From an uncultured Acidobacteriota bacterium (lineage in GTDB: Bacteria; Acidobacteriota; Thermoanaerobaculia; Multivoradales; SZUA-115): 64,000 bases of DNA. Numbering within the stretch: the first letter of the stretch is position 1; each line of letters opens with the position of its first letter. The stretch is from positions 800,001 through 864,000 of the forward strand of contig CAWDVR010000001.1 in the NCBI GenBank assembly GCA_963805975.1, given 5' to 3'. A program made the translations under genes and the position numbers. Under the pieces are notes generated by a model that searched no databases, was not told where the DNA came from, and saw only the letters and a program-made list of their open reading frames with translations. This document shows, piece after piece, positions 34,131 to 40,969 of this stretch.

Positions 34131-34973
34131 ATGAGAACAGTCGGGTTCGGTAGCGCGCTCAAAGCCGTCCTCGTTCTCGGCCTGCTCCTGGCGCCGATGG
34201 CGATCGGCGACGAGGTGCCGGAGAAGGCTCTCTGGGATCAATGGACCAAGAAGCTGAACACCATCGACCAGCAGCTCAAGGCGGGCCAGTGGGACGCCGC
34301 CGGCCCGCTGGCCCGGGCACTTTCCGATCAGATGGCGAACGGCAGCGGCGGCACCCTCGGCTACAAGCGGATCTACGCCGACCAGCTCGACGGCGCCCGC
34401 ATCGGCCAGGGCTACCTCGCGGAGGCGATGGCGCTCGGGCGCGTGGGCGCCTATCTCGCGCTCTGCAATGCGGCCGAGGGCAAGGAGCAGGAGGCCCGCT
34501 GGTACTGGTACGCGGCGCAGAACCTCGACAACCGCTGGATCGCGACCGACCTGACGGCCTACGGCAAGCCCGGAGCCTTCCTCGCCAAGCACCGCATCAA
34601 GCCACGGGACGAGCAGCACCCCGAGGTGGACGTGCTCGATCCGATCGTGCCCGAGGGCGCCAAGAAGGCCCGCTTCCAGGAGCCGGAGCGCACGCACGTC
34701 GTCTATCCGCTCCGGCCGCACGACCTCGCTGGCCTCGACCGCTTCTCGGAGGCCCTGTTCGTCCAGGTGACGGTGGAGCAGGACGGAACCCTCACCCAGC
34801 CGGTGCTGGTCGACGGCTACGAGTATCCCAGCCTGATGTACAAGGTTTTCGAAGCGATGAGCGGCTGGCGGTATCGCCCGGCCACCTACGACGGCAAGGC
34901 GATCCCCTTCCGCTACGTGGTTCCCGTGGTGTTCAAGGACGACCGCCCCGAACAGTCAGCGGTCTTCTTCTGA
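34131..34973 (+). CDS. Secreted helical protein with TonB C-terminal-like domain
   Basis: GAGGAGG RBS, signal; C-terminal VTVEQDG...WRYRPATYDGKAI..V.F TonB_C-like pattern. Confidence 0.75.
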   Translation: MRTVGFGSALKAVLVLGLLLAPMAIGDEVPEKALWDQWTKKLNTIDQQLKAGQWDAAGPLARALSDQMANGSGGTLGYKRIYADQLDGARIGQGYLAEAMALGRVGAYLALCNAAEGKEQEARWYWYAAQNLDNRWIATDLTAYGKPGAFLAKHRIKPRDEQHPEVDVLDPIVPEGAKKARFQEPERTHVVYPLRPHDLAGLDRFSEALFVQVTVEQDGTLTQPVLVDGYEYPSLMYKVFEAMSGWRYRPATYDGKAIPFRYVVPVVFKDDRPEQSAVFF

Positions 34974-35000
34974 AAGCTCTGAAAGGAAAAGGAGTCTGCG

Positions 35001-35579
35001 ATGAGAAAGCTCACTCTTCTCTGCCTCGTTGCGGTGGCCGTCGTTAGCCTGGTCACGGCCTCGGCCTACGCGCACAAATGCACCACCTGTCCCTCGTTCA
35101 AGAACACCAAGTCGCTAGCCGGCCAGAACCTGGCCAAGCTCCAGGGCTGCTGGCGGGGCACCAGCCGTGACGGCGTGCGCTCGGAGGTGTCCTTCGAGAT
35201 GGGCAGCGACGGCACGGCGCTGCTCGAGACGCAGTGGGTGGACGACTACCCGCCGGTCTACACCATGTACTACATGGACGGCAGCGGCATCTCGGCCCAT
35301 CACTTCTGCTCGATGGGCAACCAGGTCCGGATGAAGGGCAGCGCGGCCGCCGACGGCGGCATGCTGAGCTTCCGCTACCTGGACTCGACGAACATGCCGA
35401 GCGCCAACCAGCCGCACATGACGGGCGTGGTCATGAAGTTCGGGGACAGCAGCCACATCACGATGGAATGGGCCTCGTTCTGCGACGGCGGCGACGGCGA
35501 CGAGATCAACTCGTTCAGCTACGAGCGCGTCACCACCGGCTGCACGGTCGGTTCCGCCAAGAGCTGGTCTCAGAAGTAA
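35001..35579 (+). CDS. Secreted His/Cys-rich putative beta-barrel protein, paralog 1
   Basis: AAGGAG RBS; signal ending AYA, then HKCTTC; GCW, HHFCSMGNQVRM, PHMT. Confidence 0.85.
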   Translation: MRKLTLLCLVAVAVVSLVTASAYAHKCTTCPSFKNTKSLAGQNLAKLQGCWRGTSRDGVRSEVSFEMGSDGTALLETQWVDDYPPVYTMYYMDGSGISAHHFCSMGNQVRMKGSAAADGGMLSFRYLDSTNMPSANQPHMTGVVMKFGDSSHITMEWASFCDGGDGDEINSFSYERVTTGCTVGSAKSWSQK

Positions 35580-35710
35580 GCTCCGAGAGAGCCCGGCACG
35601 CGGCGGAGCGCGCCGGGCCTCGAAACCTGCCGCCGGGGCGAAGCCGGCACGGCGAGCCCCGGACCCAGCCGGTGCCGGTCGAGAGCTCTGAAGACGAAAA
35701 GGAGCCTGGG

Positions 35711-36295
35711 ATGAAGAAGCTCACTGTTCTCTGCCTCGTTGCGGTGGCCGTCGTCGGCCTGGTGACGGCCTCGGCTCACGCGCACAAATGCACCACCTGC
35801 CCCTCCTTCAAGAGCACCAAGTCGCTCGCCGCCCAGAACCTGGCGTCGCTTCAGGGCTGCTGGCGCGGCGCCAGCCGCGAGGGCGTGCGCTCGGAGGTCT
35901 CCTACGAGATGGGCAGTGACGGCACGGTGCTGCTCGAGACGCAGTGGGTGGACGGCTACCCACCGGTCCACACCGTCTACTACATGGATGGCACGGACCT
36001 CGCGGCCCACCACTTCTGCTCGATAGGCAACCAGGTGCGCCTGCGGGCGAAGTCCTCTCGCGAAGGCCGTCGGATCGATTTCCAGTTCCAGGATTCGACC
36101 AACGTGCAACGGCCTCGCCGCAAGCAGCCGCACATGACCGGCACCACGGTACAGTTCCAGGGCAAGGACCACATCACGGTCGACTGGGCTCTGTCCTGCG
36201 GCGACGGCACCGGCCTGATCACGAATACCTTCACCTACCAGCGGGTGGTCGAGGGCTGCAAGGTCGACACCCTCAAGCGCTGGTCGGAGAGGTAG
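35711..36295 (+). CDS. Secreted His/Cys-rich putative beta-barrel protein, paralog 2
   Basis: AAGGAG RBS; near-identical N-terminus to paralog 1; HHFCSIGNQVRL. Confidence 0.85.
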   Translation: MKKLTVLCLVAVAVVGLVTASAHAHKCTTCPSFKSTKSLAAQNLASLQGCWRGASREGVRSEVSYEMGSDGTVLLETQWVDGYPPVHTVYYMDGTDLAAHHFCSIGNQVRLRAKSSREGRRIDFQFQDSTNVQRPRRKQPHMTGTTVQFQGKDHITVDWALSCGDGTGLITNTFTYQRVVEGCKVDTLKRWSER

Positions 36296-36377
36296 GCCTG
36301 GAACTCGGCGCGCTCGCCGCCGCGCCTGACCGCCGGCGCGATGCGAGCAGAACGGCTGGCCCATCCTGGGCTGATCC

Positions 36378-38828
36378 ATGAAGGGGCTCGCCAAGGATCT
36401 CGCGCTCGCGCTCCGCGCGCTCCGCCGCCGGCCCGGTCTCACGCTCGCGGCGGTCCTCTCCCTGGCCTTGGGGCTCGGCTCGAGCATCGCGATCTTCCGC
36501 TTGGTGAGCGCCGCCTTCTTCCGGCCGCTCGGGGTGGGGGAGCCGGCCTCGGTGGTCGCGGTCTACGTCGCCCGCCAGCAGCGGCCGGACGACTACCTTT
36601 CGATCTCCTATCCCAACTTCCTGGATCTGGCCGAGGGCCAGCGCACGCTCTCGTCCTTCGCCGCCTACCAGTGGCTGCGGGTCACCCTGCTCGAAGGCGA
36701 GAGCACTAAGCGGAGCTACATCCAGATCGTGCGGCGTGAGTTCTTCGACGCCCTCGGCGTCCGGCCCGCCCTGGGCCGGCTGTGGGAGCCGGCCCAGGAT
36801 GCGCCGGCGGGCGGTTCGCCGATCGCCGTGCTGTCGCACGACTTCTGGCGGCGCGAGCTGGGCAGCGACCCGGCCGTGCTCGGCAAGACCGTCCGCGTCG
36901 CCGAGCGGGCACTGACCGTGGTGGCGGTGATGCCCCCGGGGTTCAAGGGCACCCGCACCTTCACCGGCGCCGAGCTCTGGGTGCCGATGGGCTACTACGC
37001 CGAGGTGTCGCCCTACGCCGCGGACTTCCACGAGCGCGGGGCGCAGATGTTCGAGATGGTCGGCCGCCTGCGCCCCGGCGTCTCCCTGCACGAGGCGGAG
37101 CTCGACCTCCAGGCCGGAGCCGCGCGGCTGGCCGGCCAGTACCCGGAGGTCAATCGGGAGCAGGGCATCCGGATCTTCCCGCTCTCCGAGACCGCCATCG
37201 AACCCTGGCAACGCCCGCTCTACGTGCGTGGCGCGATCATGATCGCGGGCGTGATGGGCCTCCTGCTGCTCATCGCCTGCGGCAACGTCGCGAGCCTGCT
37301 GCTGGCCCGCGGCCTCGAGCAGCGCCGCGAGGTCGCCATCCGCCTCTCGCTCGGCGCCGGCCGCGGCCCGCTGCTACGACAGCTCCTGGCGCAGAGCCTG
37401 CTGCTGTCCCTGGCCGGCGGCGCGCTCGGCCTGCTCCTGGGCCTGCGCGCCCCGGCACTCCTCTGGCGCTTCCGGCCGCCCGACTTCTTCACGGCGGACG
37501 CGTTGGACCTCAGCCTGGATGCCGAGGTTCTCTGGGTGACCCTGGCGCTGTCGCTCCTCACCGGCCTGGTGTTCGGCCTCGTGCCGGCGCTGCAGTCGAC
37601 CCGGCCACAGCTCGTGCAGGCGCTCAAGGAAGAGTCCGTGGCCGGCGCGGGGCGGCGCCGGATCGCGCTGCGCGATCTGCTGGTGGCCACCCAGGTGGCG
37701 CTCAGCTTCCTGGCGCTGGCCGGCGCCGGGCTGTTCGCCAAGAGCCTGGCGCGTGCGCACACGGTCGACCCCGGCTTCGAGGCGGACCGCATCCTGGTGC
37801 TCACCTACGGGCTCGCCGGCCAAGCCGGGAGCGCCGCCGAGCACGAGGGCCTGAACCAGCGGGTCCTCGACGGGTTGGCGAGCCTGCCCGGCGTCGAGCG
37901 CGCGGCTCTCTCCTCGTACCAACCGCTGACCGCGGGGCCTCCCGTCTACTGGCGCGTGGAGGCCGAGGGCGAGGCGCCCGCCGGGCAGCCCTCGCGCCGC
38001 ATGGTCATGACCACCGCGGTGACTCCCGGCTACTTCGCGACGCTCGGCATCCGCCTGCTCGCCGGCCGCGACCTCGGCGTGGCGGACCGACCCGGCACGC
38101 CGCTGGTCGCGGTGGTCAACGAGGTGCTGGCCCAGCGGCTGTGGCCGGAGGGCGACGCGGTGGGACGCCGGCTGCGGGTCGCCGAGAACGGCAGCGTGCT
38201 CGAGATCGTGGGGGTGGTGGCGGCCTCCAAGCACCACAGCGTCACCGAGGCGCCGCGCTCCGGCCTCTACCTGCCGCAGCAGCAGTGGCCGCGCCCGGAC
38301 GTGACCGTGCACCTGCGGACGGCGGGCGACCCGGCAGCGCTGATCCAGCCCGCGCGCCGGCGGCTGCAGGATCTCGCTCCGACCTTGACGCCCTACGCCG
38401 TGCAGCCGATGCGGTCCACGGTCAACGCCTCCCTGTGGGCGCAGCGCCTGGGGGCCGCCGTGCTCGGTCTCCTGGCGCTCCTGGCCCTGGTCCTGGCGGT
38501 GACGGGCGTCTACGCCGTGCTGTCCTACTCGGTCCGGCAGCGGTTCCGCGAGATGGCGATCCGCCTCGCCCTCGGCGCGCCGCCGGAGGCGGTGCTGAGG
38601 CTGGTGCTCCGGCGGGCGATGGTCGCCGTGGGAGTCGGGGTCCTCTGTGGCCTGGTCGTCGCCGTGGCCGCCGGGCGCTTCGTGGCGAGCCTGCTGTTCG
38701 GCATCCAGGCCAGCGATCCGCTGACTCTCGCCGAGATCGGCGTCCTGCTCGCCGCCGTGGCCCTCGCCGCCGGCTATGGCGCGGCGCGGCGGGCGACGCG
38801 CGTGGATCCGCGGGAGGCGCTGCGATGA
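36378..38828 (+). CDS. ADOP/MacB-like duplicated ABC permease (no ATPase adjacent)
   Basis: LALGLG, LLLIACGNVA, REVAIRLSLGAGR, REMAIRLALGA, VDPREALR. Confidence 0.92.
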   Translation: MKGLAKDLALALRALRRRPGLTLAAVLSLALGLGSSIAIFRLVSAAFFRPLGVGEPASVVAVYVARQQRPDDYLSISYPNFLDLAEGQRTLSSFAAYQWLRVTLLEGESTKRSYIQIVRREFFDALGVRPALGRLWEPAQDAPAGGSPIAVLSHDFWRRELGSDPAVLGKTVRVAERALTVVAVMPPGFKGTRTFTGAELWVPMGYYAEVSPYAADFHERGAQMFEMVGRLRPGVSLHEAELDLQAGAARLAGQYPEVNREQGIRIFPLSETAIEPWQRPLYVRGAIMIAGVMGLLLLIACGNVASLLLARGLEQRREVAIRLSLGAGRGPLLRQLLAQSLLLSLAGGALGLLLGLRAPALLWRFRPPDFFTADALDLSLDAEVLWVTLALSLLTGLVFGLVPALQSTRPQLVQALKEESVAGAGRRRIALRDLLVATQVALSFLALAGAGLFAKSLARAHTVDPGFEADRILVLTYGLAGQAGSAAEHEGLNQRVLDGLASLPGVERAALSSYQPLTAGPPVYWRVEAEGEAPAGQPSRRMVMTTAVTPGYFATLGIRLLAGRDLGVADRPGTPLVAVVNEVLAQRLWPEGDAVGRRLRVAENGSVLEIVGVVAASKHHSVTEAPRSGLYLPQQQWPRPDVTVHLRTAGDPAALIQPARRRLQDLAPTLTPYAVQPMRSTVNASLWAQRLGAAVLGLLALLALVLAVTGVYAVLSYSVRQRFREMAIRLALGAPPEAVLRLVLRRAMVAVGVGVLCGLVVAVAAGRFVASLLFGIQASDPLTLAEIGVLLAAVALAAGYGAARRATRVDPREALR

Positions 38829-40288
38829 CCGCGCGCCGGCGAATCGCACTTCTTTTCGCTCTTCTGGCCTGCCTCGCCGCGACGGGAGGCTGCCTCCACC
38901 AGCGGCCGTCGGCCCGCCCGGCGCCGGACCCCTCGGCCGCAGGCGGCGGCGAGGACTGGCCCCGCTTCCTGGGCCGCCGGGGGGACGGCAAGTCACTCGA
39001 GCGCGGCCTGCTCGCCGAGTGGCCGGCCGCAGGCCCTCCCGTGCTGTGGTCCAAGCCGGTCGGCCGCGGCTACAGCCAGGTGGCGGTGGCGCAGGGGCGC
39101 CTCTTCGTCTTCGAGCGGCGCGGGGACCAGGCGCGCCTGAGCTGCTGGCAGAGCGAGACCGGCGCCGAGCTGTGGCGCGCCGAGTACGCCACCGACTACA
39201 AGGGGCTGATCGAGGAGAAGGGCGGCCCGATGGCCAACCCGCTGGTGGACGGCGACCGCGTCTACACCTTCGGCGCCGAGGGCCGGCTGCGCTGCCACCG
39301 CGTGGAGGATGGGAACCTGCTCTGGGAGGTCGACACCGCCTCCCGCTTCGGCGTCGTCCAGAACCTCTACGGCGCCGGCTCGACGCCCTGGGTGGAAGGG
39401 GAGCTGCTGATCGCCATCATCGGTGGCAGCCCCCCCGGCAGCCCCGGCATCCACTCGGACAGGGTCGAGGGCAACGGCAGCGGCATCGTCGCCTTCGACA
39501 AGCGGACCGGCGAGGTGCGCTACCAGGTCTCGAACGAGCTGGCGAGCTACGCCAGCCCGCTGGTCGCCCCGGTCGGCGGCCGTCGTCTGGGCTTCGCCTT
39601 CACCCGCGGCGGGCTGCTGCTCTTCGAGCCACGGCTGGGAAAGGTACAGAGCTTTTTCCCCTGGCGCGACGTCGCCGGCAAGGGCGTCAACGCCGCGACG
39701 CCCGTGGTGGTGGACGACACGGTCTTCATCACCGAGGCCTACGGGCCCGGCGGCGCGCTGCTGCGCGTCGCGCCGGGCGGGTTGGAGCTGCTGTGGAAAG
39801 ATCCGCCGGGGCGCGGGCGCAGCCTGGCCGCGCACTGGTCCACGCCGCTCCATCACCGCGGGTATCTCTACGGGGTGAGCGGCCGCACCGCCGCCGAGGC
39901 CGAGCTCCGCGCGGTGGAGCTCCGCACGGGTCGGGTGGCGTGGCGGGAGAAGATCCGGAGCCTCGCGACGCTGCTCTACTTCGACGAGAAGCTCCTGGTG
40001 GTCACTGAGTACGGCCGCCTGATGCTCGTCGCGGCCCACCCCCGGCGCTTCGAGCTGCTGGCCGAGGCCGATCTGGGGGAGGAGAAGAAAGAGGCCGGCG
40101 CCGCCGAGGGCGAGCCGCCGGTGGCGCGGGCGCTGCTCAAGTACCCGGTGTGGAACGCGCCGGTGCTGGCGCACGGCCTGCTCTACGTGCGGGGGTGGGG
40201 GAGGCTGGTCTGTTTCGATCTGCGCGCCGGCGATCCTAGTGCCAGACGTCCGAATGGCGAACGTCACAGCCCTCGACCACCCGAGTGA
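38825..40288 (+). CDS. PQQ-binding-like beta-propeller lipoprotein
   Basis: ATGA coupling; DWPRFLG, TGAELW, SYASP, NAPVLAHGLLYVR; overlaps the convergent gene by 53 nt. Confidence 0.85.
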   Translation: MTARRRIALLFALLACLAATGGCLHQRPSARPAPDPSAAGGGEDWPRFLGRRGDGKSLERGLLAEWPAAGPPVLWSKPVGRGYSQVAVAQGRLFVFERRGDQARLSCWQSETGAELWRAEYATDYKGLIEEKGGPMANPLVDGDRVYTFGAEGRLRCHRVEDGNLLWEVDTASRFGVVQNLYGAGSTPWVEGELLIAIIGGSPPGSPGIHSDRVEGNGSGIVAFDKRTGEVRYQVSNELASYASPLVAPVGGRRLGFAFTRGGLLLFEPRLGKVQSFFPWRDVAGKGVNAATPVVVDDTVFITEAYGPGGALLRVAPGGLELLWKDPPGRGRSLAAHWSTPLHHRGYLYGVSGRTAAEAELRAVELRTGRVAWREKIRSLATLLYFDEKLLVVTEYGRLMLVAAHPRRFELLAEADLGEEKKEAGAAEGEPPVARALLKYPVWNAPVLAHGLLYVRGWGRLVCFDLRAGDPSARRPNGERHSPRPPE

Positions 40289-40805
40289 AAGGAAAGAGCT
40301 GGCGCAGCTCTTTGTGGTTCTGGTGCAGGCCCCAGTCGATGTCCAGGTGGTCCGGGTCCCGGAAGGTGAAGTTGATGTAGGTCATGTGGTCGTCGTCTTC
40401 GCGGCTCTTGATGTTGGTGGCGTCGACGAAGGCGAAATGCAGAACCTTGGGGTCGGTCTGCGGCTGGGCCCGGAAACGGATCTGGCTGCCGTAGGAGCAG
40501 AAGTGGTGGATCATCGGCGTCTCGCCGTCGATATAGATGGCGGAGTACATGGGCACCTGGCCCTGCTGCTCCAGGTACTCGATGATCACCGTGCCGTCGC
40601 TCGACAGGTCGTAGGATACCCGCGAAGGCGCCCCCCAGGGGTTCTTACCCACCCAGCAGCCGTTGAGCGACGCGAGCAGCTTGATCGCCGGGGTGTTGGT
40701 GATCTTGAAGGAGGGGTTGCCGGGAAACTCCTGCGCCCGCGCCGCGGTGGAGGAGAGAGCGAGGGCGGCGGCGAAACCGAGCGCCGCGCAGGCGGTTTTT
40801 CTCAT
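40236..40805 (-). CDS. Secreted putative beta-barrel protein, paralog 3
   Basis: Signal; shares PSFK, GCW, HHFCS, HMT and RVVEGC with the 35001/35711 proteins but lacks HKCTTC. Confidence 0.82.
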   Translation of the reverse strand: MRKTACAALGFAAALALSSTAARAQEFPGNPSFKITNTPAIKLLASLNGCWVGKNPWGAPSRVSYDLSSDGTVIIEYLEQQGQVPMYSAIYIDGETPMIHHFCSYGSQIRFRAQPQTDPKVLHFAFVDATNIKSREDDDHMTYINFTFRDPDHLDIDWGLHQNHKELRQLFPFTRVVEGCDVRHSDVWH

Positions 40806-40823
40806 GCGTCACCTCTGGCCCCA

Positions 40824-40941
40824 ACTATGCGGACCGGGGGCCTCCGAGTCTTATCCGAGGTTGCGGAGCTCCTGCCGCGAGGCCGACGGCAGGCCATCGC
40901 GCAAGCAGGGAGATGACCCCGCACCGGCGAGGCTCCATACT
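40824..40941. promoter_or_regulatory. Divergent promoter with regulon motif sites 4 (-) and 5 (+)
   Basis: Minus: CGCAA-cct-CGGATAAGAC (40865-40848), 18 nt, CATAGT. Plus: CGCAA-gca-GGGAGATGAC (40900-40917), 18 nt, CATACT. Confidence 0.7.
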
Positions 40942-40969
40942 GCGGCGAGCGGCACGCGTGAAGAGTCTG

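Noticed and set aside
33985-34134. 49-aa ORF (MALLAYLAHSG...) with an apparent GGAGGTG RBS, a candidate precursor peptide
   Set aside because: Its apparent RBS is part of the promoter motif, and its ATG lies upstream of the predicted -10, so it would not be on the transcript
40913-40969. ORF-track start of the di-heme/NHL fusion
   Set aside because: The ATG falls inside promoter motif site 5; a start at 40958 or 40970 fits better
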